Positions 49,019 to 58,844 of a stretch of 64,000 nt of DNA are shown here, piece after piece. A program made the translations under genes and the position numbers. The DNA lies in assembly GCA_963707635.1 (NCBI GenBank), contig OY970173.1, positions 704,001-768,000 on the forward strand, in the 5' to 3' direction. Below the pieces are notes generated by a model, which was not told the origin of the DNA, made no database searches, and saw only the letters and a program-made list of their open reading frames with translations. Numbering within the stretch: the stretch's first letter is position 1; each line of letters begins with the position of its first letter. Source of the stretch: Candidatus Latescibacterota bacterium. GTDB lineage: Bacteria > Krumholzibacteriota > Krumholzibacteriia > WVZY01 > JAKEHA01.

Positions 49019-49881
49019 AAACTCGAGCGTGCCCGTCGTTGGTTCACTCGCGTCCTTGCAATGCGAATTCCCATCGGAAGCATCAGGACGCCCGGAATCA
49101 CCCAAATCAGCACGTACACCACCCTCTCACCAATCCACTTCCGGTAATGGTACCATCTCGATCCATTTCGACTGATTACCAGGGTCTCTCCCTTTCCATA
49201 GATCCTCATGAGGTTGCTGACCGTCGGCTCGTCGTATCCGGCTTTCGAGTAAGAGTCCGCCACCAATTCCGGATTCTTTTCGATAGTGGATATATCGAAG
49301 GGGATCGTCACGCCGTAGTCGGGATCCGCCACCCACCATGTGCCGCTCTGCTCATCGCTGACCTCGGCTTGCAGAACCACGTGCTCGCCGGACAAGAGAA
49401 TGACTCTCGACTGGAGTCCTTTGCGCCTGAGTACCGCGCCTTCTATGATCACACTCTGAGAACATAGACCGACCCCGCGTTCGATCGCCCGCTTGTAGTT
49501 TGCAAATTCGTACTTCCGGAATCGGCCGGGGAAGACAAAACTCGCGAAGTACAACAGGTAGTTCTCGTGAAACGGGACTCGCAGATGGTACTTGTCGATG
49601 CCTGCGTCCTCCCAGTAATGCGCGATACCCTTGCCCACCGCGTCGGTCAGGTTCTCCACGTAGAGCGGCTTGCGGCCGTCATACGAATTGATCACTTCGT
49701 AGAGCTGCTCTTCTGTCAGCGTGAGATCGGCAGGACTTCGCAGCGTCTCATGGTAGATGGCGGGGTTGCGAAGATTCGTGAATAGACCCACGACGCTCGC
49801 CGCGAGCAAGGCGGCCCCGATGAAAAACGCGGGCACCACGAGTCGTTGGCAGAGAGCGTGAACTCTGGCTGATTTCGTCAA
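49015..49881 (-). CDS. Membrane protein with transglutaminase-like domain
   Basis: N- and C-terminal TMs; GLCSQ, GEHVV and ADPDY form a Cys-His-Asp pattern. Confidence 0.6.
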   Translation of the reverse strand: MTKSARVHALCQRLVVPAFFIGAALLAASVVGLFTNLRNPAIYHETLRSPADLTLTEEQLYEVINSYDGRKPLYVENLTDAVGKGIAHYWEDAGIDKYHLRVPFHENYLLYFASFVFPGRFRKYEFANYKRAIERGVGLCSQSVIIEGAVLRRKGLQSRVILLSGEHVVLQAEVSDEQSGTWWVADPDYGVTIPFDISTIEKNPELVADSYSKAGYDEPTVSNLMRIYGKGETLVISRNGSRWYHYRKWIGERVVYVLIWVIPGVLMLPMGIRIARTRVNQRRARSSF

Positions 49882-50278
49882 CGCTGCCCCCTTTCGGGAG
49901 TTGCAACATCCAGCTAACGAATCCTATCCGCCCCTCGAACTCTTGCCCAAGTCGGGTGACCCTGGGGATTGGCTCCAGAAGGTTAGCAGGCGAGGAAGAA
50001 GAGGGCAAGATTGCCGGCGGTCTGAGTAAAAAATGTTCTGTTGCTCGCGTTCGTTCTGCAATCGTGTACCCGGGCCATCGACATATCGCTCGATGACCCC
50101 GAGTTCTTCGATTTGACCGACGCACCCGGCGGTGTCAACCGGCACGAATGCCGAGCGCGCGTCGTCTGCTCTGGTGTATACTGACCGGCACGCCGTCTGG
50201 GCAGAGGACGCGCATCGGCGCATACCGGTGCGCGTCGGCATTTTGGGTTCGCCCCGGTTGTGGCGCACAGGGACCGCC

Positions 50279-51289
50279 ATGAATTTTTACACGCCCGCCG
50301 ATCTCACTCGCAACCTGCTCGACGGCGCGACCATTGCCGTGCTCGGTTTCGGCAACCAGGGCCACGCGCACGCGCTGAATCTGCGCGACCGAAAGGCGCG
50401 CGTGGTGGTGGGCGCGCGCCGCGCCGGGGCGGGGTGGAACGCGGCCGTGCGCGAGGGATTCGAGACGCGCGAGGTTGCGCAGGCGGTGGCGGAGGCGGAC
50501 GCGGTCGTGGTCCTCCTGCCGGACGAGGTGCAGGGGGAAATTTTCGCGCGCGAAATCGAGCCCGAGCTTAAAGATGGCGCCGTGATCGTGTTCGCGCACG
50601 GTTTTACGATTGCCTTCGGCGTGCTCGCACCGCCGCATGGCCACGACGTCGTGCTGGTGGCGCCCAAAGGGCAGGGGCATTTTCTGCGCCGGGCTTTTCT
50701 CGAAGGCACCGGGTTGCCGTGCCTGATCGCGGTCGCGTCCGACGCGTCGGGTTCGGCGCAGGCGAAGGCGCTCTCGTACGCGCACCTGATCGGCTGCCTC
50801 GACGCTGGCGCGATCGAGACCACGTTTCGCGAAGAAGCCGTCACGGATCTCTTCGGCGAGCAGGCCGTGCTGTGCGGCGGCGTCCCGGAGTTGGTCAAGG
50901 CGGCGTTCGAGACGCTCGTGCAACGCGGCTACGCGCCCGAGGTCGCGTACCTCGAGTGCATGCACGAGCTCAAGATCATTTCCGACCTCATGTACGAGGG
51001 TGGGCTGCACCACATGCGCGAGCGCATCAGCGCGACCGCCGCGTGGGGGAGTTTCGAGAGTGGACCGCGCATCGTGACCGACGAAACACGCCGCGCCCTG
51101 GGGGCGATTCTGGACGACATAGAGTCCGGGAGCTTCGCGCGGGCATGGGCCGAGGAGGCGCGCTCCGGCGGTAAGCGGCTCTCGGCGCGACTTCGCGCCG
51201 AAGCCGACGACCCGATCGAGCACGCCGGGCGCGAGGTGCGTTCGCTCATGCACCGCGCCCATCAACCGCGCAAAGGAAGGCGATCATGA
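50279..51289 (+). CDS. ilvC: Ketol-acid reductoisomerase
   Basis: GFGNQGHAHALNLRD, LLPDE, APKG.G, TTFREE..TDLFGEQAVLCGG, ECMHELK. Confidence 0.96.
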   Translation: MNFYTPADLTRNLLDGATIAVLGFGNQGHAHALNLRDRKARVVVGARRAGAGWNAAVREGFETREVAQAVAEADAVVVLLPDEVQGEIFAREIEPELKDGAVIVFAHGFTIAFGVLAPPHGHDVVLVAPKGQGHFLRRAFLEGTGLPCLIAVASDASGSAQAKALSYAHLIGCLDAGAIETTFREEAVTDLFGEQAVLCGGVPELVKAAFETLVQRGYAPEVAYLECMHELKIISDLMYEGGLHHMRERISATAAWGSFESGPRIVTDETRRALGAILDDIESGSFARAWAEEARSGGKRLSARLRAEADDPIEHAGREVRSLMHRAHQPRKGRRS

Positions 51290-52191
51290 CGAGAAGCAGA
51301 CCGGTTATGTGGGCAGCGGTGATGGCCGTGACACTGGCCGTCGCGTTCGCGGTGGGGGGGTGCGGCGAGAAGAAGGAGCCCGCGAAGCGGGTCACCTACG
51401 TGCCACCACGTTCGCTCGACCGCAACCTGAATCCGATCGAGCTCGACAGCTTGATCCAGATGAAAGTCTCGTACAAGGTCACGCGCGACGAATACTGGGA
51501 CGCCTACGGCGGGGTGCTGGCCAACGACGCCATCGAGGTCTGGTACCCGAAGGGCCGGGTGAACGCCTTCCAGGGCATCAGCGTTCTGAAGCAGATGGAA
51601 CTGGCCCGCCGCAACACGGAGAAGCTCTTCGGCCGGGCGCCGTCGACCCGGCTCACGGTGGTGTGCTCGGGTGATCTCGATATGTTCCGCGCCGCCACCG
51701 GACGCGACTGGTGGAACTACTCACTGATCAAGGGCGACACTCTGAATTTGCAATCGCCGATGGATCTCTTCGCCCGCGGGCTGCTCACGATCGCGGCCCC
51801 GCACGAGTACTACGAGTGGGCGATCAACAACCTTGCCAACCATCGGGCTCCCCGCTGGCTGGATGAGGGGCTGGCGTCGCTGCTCGCGAAAGAAGCGGCC
51901 GTGCTCGAGGGCCAAACCACCGAGTTTGGCGAGCAAGGGACGAACATGTCGTTTCACGACATGGAGAATGCGCTGCGCAGCGAGAAGGACCGCATTCCGG
52001 CCCGCCGTGCGTACTACAACGCGTATCGCATGGTGGAAAAGCTCACGCTGACGCGGGGCCAGTCGGCGGTGCTGGCGTTCGTGCTCGACTGCGGAGAGGA
52101 GAAGAACCTCGACGCCGCGTCGAAGCGCGCCTTCGGGGTGGACTACGACGCCCTTGTCGAGGAAGCGCGCAGCTGGGCGGCGGCGCCGTAG
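51286..52191 (+). CDS. Lipoprotein, peptidase MA-like fold (degenerate HExxH)
   Basis: Lipobox VGGC; HEYYE...PRWLDEGLA. Confidence 0.65.
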   Translation: MTRSRPVMWAAVMAVTLAVAFAVGGCGEKKEPAKRVTYVPPRSLDRNLNPIELDSLIQMKVSYKVTRDEYWDAYGGVLANDAIEVWYPKGRVNAFQGISVLKQMELARRNTEKLFGRAPSTRLTVVCSGDLDMFRAATGRDWWNYSLIKGDTLNLQSPMDLFARGLLTIAAPHEYYEWAINNLANHRAPRWLDEGLASLLAKEAAVLEGQTTEFGEQGTNMSFHDMENALRSEKDRIPARRAYYNAYRMVEKLTLTRGQSAVLAFVLDCGEEKNLDAASKRAFGVDYDALVEEARSWAAAP

Positions 52192-52299
52192 CCCGATGAG
52201 GGGGGACTATGCGCGAATTCTCCGCTCATGCACTTCGCGCGCGATAGTTGAAAGCGCGCCGCGTGAATTCGCCTCGAACTCGCGAGTAGTCCCCGGACT

Positions 52300-53523
52300 C
52301 TACCTGACGACGCGCATCGCCGACTCGAGCTGCGCCAGGCGCTGCTCCAGCGAGCCCGTGATCCCTACCGACAGACGCACCAGACCCGGGGAAATCCCGG
52401 CCCGCCCTAGGTCCACGGTCGACATCTCGCTCGAAGTCGAGCTCGCGGACGCGGACATGAGCGTGTCCGTGAAGCCCAGGCTTACCGCGATGAATCCGAA
52501 CTTCTCCCGGTGCTGCAGGTGCTCCATGAACCGGTTCGCGCGCTCGCTGGTTCCGAGGTCGACGGCGACGATACCGCCCCAGCCGTAACCCTCGTTCATG
52601 AGGCGCGCGAGGCGCTGGTGGTGCGGATGACTGGCCAGGCCGGGGTAGCGCACGTCGAGTCCCGCGCGCGCCAGCACCTCGGCCATCGCCAGCGCGCGGC
52701 GCCCGTGTTCGGCCATGCGTACTCCCAGGTGGGGCAGGCGCGTGCTCAATTCGAAGGCCACGCGCGGGTCCATGGTCGGGCCGACCAGCATCAGGGCCCC
52801 GCTGTTCACGTCCATCATCCTCGACACGAGTTCCTTCGACCCGCACACGACGCCCGCGATGATGTCGGAAGATCCGCTGACGAACTTGGTCAGGCTGTGC
52901 ACGACGACGTCGGCACCGTGGCGGGCGGGGGTGACGATGAGCGGGGCGAAGGTGTTGTCGACGACGAGCGCCGCTCCGCGGCGGTGCGCCGTTTCCGCCA
53001 GCCGCGGCAGGTCGGCGACCACGAGGGTCGGGTTTGCCATCGTCTCCACGTAGAGGATGCGCGTGCGTTCGCTGAACGCCTGCTCGACGGCGGCAGGGTT
53101 CTCGACGTCGACGAAGGTCGTATGCACGTTGCATCGTTCGGGCAGGAAGTTCTTCATGAGTGCGTAGGTGCCGCCGTAGAGCGTGTCGCTCGCGACGATG
53201 TGGTCGCCGTGCCGGCACGTCTGCAGGAGGGCGGCGGCGATCGCGCTGATCCCGCTCGCCGTGGCGTACGCGGTCTCGGTGGCTTCCATGGCCGCGAGCT
53301 GCCGCGCGAGCGCGTAGACGGTGGGGTTGTAATGGCGACCGTACAGGTAGCAGCCGCCTCCGCGGGCTTCCGGGCCCAGCAGGCCGTGGAAGATGTCGGG
53401 CATGGTGGCCGCGTGCATCACCGTGAAGGTGGTGCTCGCCTCGATCGACATGTTCACGCCGCCGTGTTCCCCGAACTCGTGACGCGTGGCCGCCATGGCT
53501 TCCATCGGATCGAACGGTTTCAT
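52300..53523 (-). CDS. Methionine gamma-lyase-like Cys/Met metabolism PLP enzyme
   Basis: FGEHGGVNMSIE, YGR..NPT, ASG, YGGT, ETMANP, VDNTF, HSLTK, AVSLG, RLSVG. Confidence 0.9.
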   Translation of the reverse strand: MKPFDPMEAMAATRHEFGEHGGVNMSIEASTTFTVMHAATMPDIFHGLLGPEARGGGCYLYGRHYNPTVYALARQLAAMEATETAYATASGISAIAAALLQTCRHGDHIVASDTLYGGTYALMKNFLPERCNVHTTFVDVENPAAVEQAFSERTRILYVETMANPTLVVADLPRLAETAHRRGAALVVDNTFAPLIVTPARHGADVVVHSLTKFVSGSSDIIAGVVCGSKELVSRMMDVNSGALMLVGPTMDPRVAFELSTRLPHLGVRMAEHGRRALAMAEVLARAGLDVRYPGLASHPHHQRLARLMNEGYGWGGIVAVDLGTSERANRFMEHLQHREKFGFIAVSLGFTDTLMSASASSTSSEMSTVDLGRAGISPGLVRLSVGITGSLEQRLAQLESAMRVVR

Positions 53524-54869
53524 TTTCGGCTCCTCGCCGCGGCCATGAACTTCATCCAGGAACGGCGCGGGACAATGAAGCGCGCCAGCAAGAGTCCGGT
53601 CACCAGCGCGACGCCGGTCAGCACCATCGTGAACGCCGTCTGCAACCCCGAAACCGGGTCGCGCGCGATCATGTCGGTAATGCTGCGGAAGCCGACGCTG
53701 CCTGGGACCAGCATCAGGATGCCGGGAGTCGAGGTGACGACGGCGGGTCGATTGAACAGGCGCGAGTGCAGGCCGCTCGCGACGCCCACCAGCATCGCGC
53801 CGATGAAGGCGCCGGTCTCGATGCCGAGCGCCCACGCGCCCGCGCGCGCGCCCGCGAAGGCGAGCGCGCACACCGCGAGAATCCAGCCCACGTCGCGCGG
53901 GTTGGCTTGGAACTGCACGGTCAGCGCGAGCGGCGCGAAAACCAGCGCCAGCGCCAGCGTCCACCCCGGCAGCCCGATCGGCTCGGCGACCACCGCAGGC
54001 GCGCCGAACATCGCACCTCCCGCCTTCAGCCCGAGCACGAGGCCAAACCCGATCGACATGAACAGGATCGCGGCCGCCATCAGGCGCGCGGTGCCGGAGG
54101 CGAGGTGGCTCGTGGCCAGCTCGCCGATCGCGGTGGTGAGGGTCAGCCCCGGGATGAGAACGATGAGGCCGCCGCACATCGCCACGTAGAGCGAGGTCGG
54201 AGGCAGCAGCACCACCGCGGCGGACGCGCACACGCCGGCCACGAACGCGGCGATCGGTTCGAACAGACGGAAACGCGAATCGCGCCGCGCGATCAGCGCG
54301 AGCAACCCGGTCACGAAGCCGATCGCGCCGCACACGACGATCTCGCGCCACCCGCCGCCGAAGAAGCGCGCCGCCGCGGCCGACGCGAACACCGAGGCGA
54401 CGACCCTCGTCTTGCCCTTGTAGCGCGGCGGCGTCGCGCGAATCTCGTCGATCGCGCGTGACGCGTCGGCCGGCGACACCTCGCCCCTGGCCACGGCGTG
54501 CGCGAGCGCGTCGAGGCGCGAGAGCTTGTCGAGGTTGACCGACCCCGGCTCCACACGGATCAGCATGGTCTCGTCGACGTCCTCCGACTCGAGGGACGCG
54601 AAGATCGCGGTCGGGGTCGCGAAGAACTCGCCGCGAAGTCCGAGCCGCCGGGCCACCAGCGTGAGCGCATCCTCGACGTTGGGCGCGGCGTAGCCGTAGC
54701 GGTGCAGCGCCCGCGCGAGCTTGTCGACGAATGCGACCGCCTCGCGGCCCTCCCGCGTGGTCGCACTCGCCCGTCGCGCCGGCGCGGCCGGCATGGCCGG
54801 CTCTGCGAGCGCGCGCGGATCCGGGCGCGGATCGGATCGCCAGAAGAATTCGAGCAGGCGGTTGGGCAT
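53520..54869 (-). CDS. Threonine/serine exporter family (ThrE) protein
   Basis: ALHRYG..A..VE, VNL.KL, about 10 TMs, LIPG and LVPG motifs. Confidence 0.88.
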   Translation of the reverse strand: MPNRLLEFFWRSDPRPDPRALAEPAMPAAPARRASATTREGREAVAFVDKLARALHRYGYAAPNVEDALTLVARRLGLRGEFFATPTAIFASLESEDVDETMLIRVEPGSVNLDKLSRLDALAHAVARGEVSPADASRAIDEIRATPPRYKGKTRVVASVFASAAAARFFGGGWREIVVCGAIGFVTGLLALIARRDSRFRLFEPIAAFVAGVCASAAVVLLPPTSLYVAMCGGLIVLIPGLTLTTAIGELATSHLASGTARLMAAAILFMSIGFGLVLGLKAGGAMFGAPAVVAEPIGLPGWTLALALVFAPLALTVQFQANPRDVGWILAVCALAFAGARAGAWALGIETGAFIGAMLVGVASGLHSRLFNRPAVVTSTPGILMLVPGSVGFRSITDMIARDPVSGLQTAFTMVLTGVALVTGLLLARFIVPRRSWMKFMAAARSRK

Positions 54870-54958
54870 GAGGCGCGCGGCCCTTGATCAAAGCCCGCGT
54901 TGCTGCTACGTTATAGCACCTTTGACGAATTGGGAATCGGCCACGAGCGAATTCCGGT

Positions 54959-55032
54959 TGGGGGGTCGTCTAGTGGCAGGACAACTGACTCTGGATCAGT
55001 TTGCGGGGGTTCGAATCCTCCCCCCCCAACCA
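54959..55032 (+). tRNA. tRNA-Gln(CTG)
   Basis: TGGGGGGTCGTCTAGTGGCAGGACAACTGACTCTGGATCAGT...GGTTCGAATCC...ACCA; U1-A72 pair. Confidence 0.93.
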
Positions 55033-55043
55033 ATCTCCACTCG

Positions 55044-55736
55044 CTACGCGCTCGCCGTCTTCCTTCTGGTGACGGCGAGTACTGCCAGCATCGTTGCCAG
55101 CGCCACCGCTGCGACGAGCAGAATCAGCGGACGATAGTGCCGGACCAGCGACGCATCCGCGGCCGCGCGTTCCAGCGCGGCGCGAATCTCCTTCTGCTCG
55201 AAGAACACGCCGTGGACGTAACCCGATACCGCCAGCGCGGGGGAGAGCACCGCGACCGTGTTCGCGTGGGCGAAGCCACCCTCGGGAAGCGGCGCGTAGT
55301 GAAAGTCGATTGTCTCGAGCAGGCGCGTGAGGTCTTCAGGCGTCGCCGCCGCCGCGAGCCGCCATCCCCGGGGGAGCGCCAGGCGTTCGCGGTACGCGCG
55401 TAGCGCAGCCGGTCCGTCGGCGGGGTCGAACGACACGGTCAGCACCTGGTAGCCGACGCCGGGCTCGCCGATCGCGGCGAGCGCGTCGCGCAGGCTGCCG
55501 GTGATCTCCGAACACGTGGACGGGCAGGTCGTGAAGATCGGGCTCACGAGGATGGGTTTGCCCGCGAGCGTCGAGAGCCGGAACGTGGTGCTGTCCTCAG
55601 AGAGCAGTGCCACGTCGGGCACTACGTTCCCGCGCGTCCTCTTCTCGTCGGGTCGTGGAATCGTCTGGGCGCCCGCGCTCGCGACGAACGCGAACGCTAC
55701 AGAAAGAAGTGCCCATGCCGGCCGGGAGCGGCTCAT
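55044..55736 (-). CDS. SCO family copper chaperone
   Basis: FTTCPSTC, SFDP..D, conserved His (FAH), C-terminal TM. Confidence 0.88.
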   Translation of the reverse strand: MSRSRPAWALLSVAFAFVASAGAQTIPRPDEKRTRGNVVPDVALLSEDSTTFRLSTLAGKPILVSPIFTTCPSTCSEITGSLRDALAAIGEPGVGYQVLTVSFDPADGPAALRAYRERLALPRGWRLAAAATPEDLTRLLETIDFHYAPLPEGGFAHANTVAVLSPALAVSGYVHGVFFEQKEIRAALERAAADASLVRHYRPLILLVAAVALATMLAVLAVTRRKTASA

Positions 55737-55737
55737 C

Positions 55738-56178
55738 CTACCTGGACGCTTCCCCCGTGGCCTCGCGCTTGCGCCGCGACGCGTCGGCCATGTCCGCCAG
55801 CGAGGTGTGCTGGAGGTACTGCCGGATACGCTCGCGGATCGGCTTCCAGCGGTCGTGGAGCGGGCAGGGAACTTCGTCCGAGCATTTCGCGAGGCCGACA
55901 GCGCACGCGTCGAGGTACGTCGAGCCGTCGATCGCGGTATAGATGTCGAAGAGCGAAATGTCCCGTGGGTGCTTCGCCAGCGCGAATCCGCCGCCGGGGC
56001 CCTTGCTCGACTTGAGCAGACCGGCGCGTACCAGGGTCTGAAAGATCTTGCCGAGAAACGGACCCGGGATCCGTTCGTGCGCCGACACGTCGCGCGCGAG
56101 CAAGCGTTGTCCCGGCTCGAAGCCCGCGACATAAGTCATGGCGCGGATGGCGTACTCGCAGGCGCTGGAATGAATCAT
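55738..56178 (-). CDS. Rrf2 family transcriptional regulator
   Basis: YAIRAM, FLGKIFQ.L..AGL..S.KGPGGGF.LA, C-x6-C-x5-C-PLH. Confidence 0.93.
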   Translation of the reverse strand: MIHSSACEYAIRAMTYVAGFEPGQRLLARDVSAHERIPGPFLGKIFQTLVRAGLLKSSKGPGGGFALAKHPRDISLFDIYTAIDGSTYLDACAVGLAKCSDEVPCPLHDRWKPIRERIRQYLQHTSLADMADASRRKREATGEASR

Positions 56179-56258
56179 CGACGACCTCGCGGGATTTTGG
56201 GACCTGAATCTCTCACAATCTAGCATGCGAGGTCATGTCGTGTCAACGCAACGGCTTC

Positions 56259-56287
56259 TTGACACACCGATCCGCGACGAGTATTCT
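56259..56287 (+). promoter_or_regulatory. sigma70 promoter of tRNA-Glu; a divergent TTGACA-18-TAGATT for the Rrf2 gene lies at 56217-56246
   Basis: TTGACA-17 bp-TATTCT. Confidence 0.7.
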
Positions 56288-56301
56288 CCTCGGCGCCGTT
56301 T

Positions 56302-56376
56302 GGCCCCTTCGTCTAGCGGCTAGGACGTATGGTTCTCAGCCATAAAACAGGGGTTCGATTCCCCTAGGGGCTACCA
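56302..56376 (+). tRNA. tRNA-Glu(CTC)
   Basis: GGCCCCTTCGTCTAGCGGCTAGGACGTATGGTTCTCAGCCATAAAACAGGGGTTCGATTCCCCTAGGGGCTACCA. Confidence 0.93.
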
Positions 56377-56384
56377 GCTTTTTC

Positions 56385-56415
56385 GAGACCCGCGTCGAGC
56401 GGGTCTCTTCGTTTT
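56385..56415 (+). terminator. Terminator after tRNA-Glu
   Basis: GAGACCCGC/GCGGGTCTC stem followed by TTCGTTTT. Confidence 0.7.
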
Positions 56416-56447
56416 CCATCCCGCGTCGAAGAAAGGACGCCTGGTTC

Positions 56448-57302
56448 ATGTCCACTCGTTCCGGCGGACGGCGAGTCCGCGCTCGCCCCGCAGCCGCGGC
56501 CGGGCGCCGCGGTCCGAAGTCGCGCGACCCGCACTGGCTCTACGAGCAATCGGTGCAGAGCCCGGAGGTCCACTTTCATTTCTTCGACCGCGTGTACCGG
56601 GAGCGGAACGGCCGCATGCCCGCGAGTCTCAAGGAAGACTTTTGCGGCACTGCGCTGCTGGCGGCGAAATGGGTGCAGTACCGTCGCCGCAACACCGCGC
56701 TCGGCGTCGACCTCGACGCGCCGACGCTGCGCTGGGGCCGGGCGCACAACCTCTCCGCCCTCTCTGCGGACGAACAGGCCCGCGTCGAGTTGCGCCGCGC
56801 CGACGTGCTCCATCCGACCCGGCCGCGAGTGGACCTGGTGGTGGCGTTCAACTTCTCGTTCTACACCTTTCGCACCCGCGAGACGCTGCTGGCGTACTTT
56901 CGCTCCGCGCGCCGCTCGCTCGCTCCCGGGGGTGTGTTCATCGGCGACATGTTCGGCGGGTGGGAAGCGCAGAAGCCCTTGATCGAGCGCACGCGTCACC
57001 GCGGGTTCACCTACTTCTGGGAACTGGAGCGATTCGATCCGTTGGCCAACTTCGGCCGCTTCCACATCCACTTCAAGTTCCACGATGGCGGTGGCATCCG
57101 GCGCGCGTTCACCTATGAGTGGAGAGTGTGGTCGATCGCGGAGGTTCGGGAACTCCTGCGCGAGGCGGGGTTCGGTAACGTCGAGATCTACTGGGAAGGA
57201 TTCGATCCGCGTACCGGCATTGGTAACAGCGTCTTCCGCCGCGTCACCTCCACCCAGAATTCGGCCGGCTGGATCGGGTTCTTCGCCGCGTCCGTCGTCT
57301 AG
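56448..57302 (+). CDS. Class I SAM-dependent methyltransferase
   Basis: LYE.SVQ.P, EDFCGTA, GVDLD, FNFS, L.PGG.FI.D. Confidence 0.85.
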   Translation: MSTRSGGRRVRARPAAAAGRRGPKSRDPHWLYEQSVQSPEVHFHFFDRVYRERNGRMPASLKEDFCGTALLAAKWVQYRRRNTALGVDLDAPTLRWGRAHNLSALSADEQARVELRRADVLHPTRPRVDLVVAFNFSFYTFRTRETLLAYFRSARRSLAPGGVFIGDMFGGWEAQKPLIERTRHRGFTYFWELERFDPLANFGRFHIHFKFHDGGGIRRAFTYEWRVWSIAEVRELLREAGFGNVEIYWEGFDPRTGIGNSVFRRVTSTQNSAGWIGFFAASVV

Positions 57303-57385
57303 AAAGGGCATGACAGCGGCCCCCGGTTGAGGGATGATCGATGCGTTCGACCGTCCCGCGCCGGGGAGGCGCGAGGTGAGCCCCC

Positions 57386-58813
57386 ATGTTTTTCCGACAG
57401 ATTTTTGACCGCAAGCTGGCCCAGTACGCGTACGTGATCGGGTGCCAGGCCACGGGCGAAGCCATCGTGATCGACCCGATGCGCGACGTCGACGTCTACC
57501 TCGAGATCGCGCGCGCCGAGGGTCTCGAGCTGGTCGCCGTCGCCGAGACCCACATCCACGCCGATTTCCTCTCCGGAGCTCGCGAGCTGGCCGAACGCAC
57601 CGGCGCCGTCGTCCACGTGTCCGCCGAGGGCGGCGCGGACTGGCAGTCCGAATGGCTCAAGGGCGGCGACTATCGCCACCGCCTGCTGCGCGACGGCGAC
57701 CACTTCATGATCGGCAATATTCGCTTCGACGTGATGTTCACGCCGGGGCACACGCCCGAACACGTCTGTTATCTCGTGACCGACACGCCGGCGAGGGCGC
57801 CGATCCCGCTCGGATTTCTCTCCGGTGACTTCGTATTCGTCGGCGACGTGGGGCGCCCCGATTTGCTGGAGACGGCGGCGGGCCAGGCAGGCTCGATGGA
57901 ACCGGGCGCGCGCGACCTCTTTGCGTCCATCAGGCGTTTTCGTGAGCTCAACCCGTCGGTCCAGATCTGGCCCGCGCACGGGGCGGGCAGCGCGTGCGGA
58001 AAATCACTCGGCGCGATGCCGATGTCGACCGTCGGCTACGAACTGATGGCGAACCGGTCGATCCTGGCCGCGAGCGATCCCGACGCTTTCGTGGCCTACA
58101 TCCTGGAAGGCCAGCCCGAGCCGCCGCTCTATTTCGCGCGCATGAAGCGCGACAACCGCGTCGGACCCGCCGTGCTGGGCGGGATTCCGGAGGCCAAGCG
58201 GATTCCGCCGAACAAGCTCGCCGACCTCTCGGGCGCGACCGGGGTCGCCGTGCTCGACACGCGCTCGTGGGACGAGTATCGCCACGCGCACCTGCCGGGG
58301 TCGCTGTTCGCGCCGCTGAACACCGCGTTCAACACCGTCGCCGGATCGTACGTGCCGGAGAAGATGCCGGTGATCCTCATCGTCCCGGAGACCCGCGTGC
58401 GCGAGGCGGTGGTCGACTTGATCCACGTCGGGCTCGACCACATCGTGGGCTACGCGACGCCGGACATGTTCGCCGAGTACGCGCGCAAGGGCAAGACCGC
58501 GGCCATCGCCCAGGTCGAGGCATCGGAGATCGAACACGAAGTAAACGGCGGCGCGTTTCTGCTCGATGTGCGGCGGGCGGCCGAGCTGGCCGACGTCGGC
58601 CGCATCCCCGGTTCCCACAACATCGCGCACACCAGGCTGCTCGCGCGCATCCACGAGGTGCCGAAGGATCGGCCAATCGTCGTCCACTGCGGCACCGGCA
58701 GCCGGTCGGCGTACGCGGCGGGGCTGCTCGACCGCCTCGGCTACCGGGTGACCAACGTCTCCGGCGGGTTCGGGGCCTGGAAGGCGAGGGGTGGCGCCGC
58801 GGTGACCGCGTGA
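57386..58813 (+). CDS. MBL-fold hydrolase/rhodanese fusion (CstB-like persulfide dioxygenase-sulfurtransferase)
   Basis: ETHIHADF, TPGHTPEH, GDVGRPDL, PAHGAGSACG, two rhodanese domains (HCGTGSRS). Confidence 0.9.
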   Translation: MFFRQIFDRKLAQYAYVIGCQATGEAIVIDPMRDVDVYLEIARAEGLELVAVAETHIHADFLSGARELAERTGAVVHVSAEGGADWQSEWLKGGDYRHRLLRDGDHFMIGNIRFDVMFTPGHTPEHVCYLVTDTPARAPIPLGFLSGDFVFVGDVGRPDLLETAAGQAGSMEPGARDLFASIRRFRELNPSVQIWPAHGAGSACGKSLGAMPMSTVGYELMANRSILAASDPDAFVAYILEGQPEPPLYFARMKRDNRVGPAVLGGIPEAKRIPPNKLADLSGATGVAVLDTRSWDEYRHAHLPGSLFAPLNTAFNTVAGSYVPEKMPVILIVPETRVREAVVDLIHVGLDHIVGYATPDMFAEYARKGKTAAIAQVEASEIEHEVNGGAFLLDVRRAAELADVGRIPGSHNIAHTRLLARIHEVPKDRPIVVHCGTGSRSAYAAGLLDRLGYRVTNVSGGFGAWKARGGAAVTA

Positions 58814-58844
58814 GCGCGCCCGCACCACCGGGGGAGGAGCAGCG

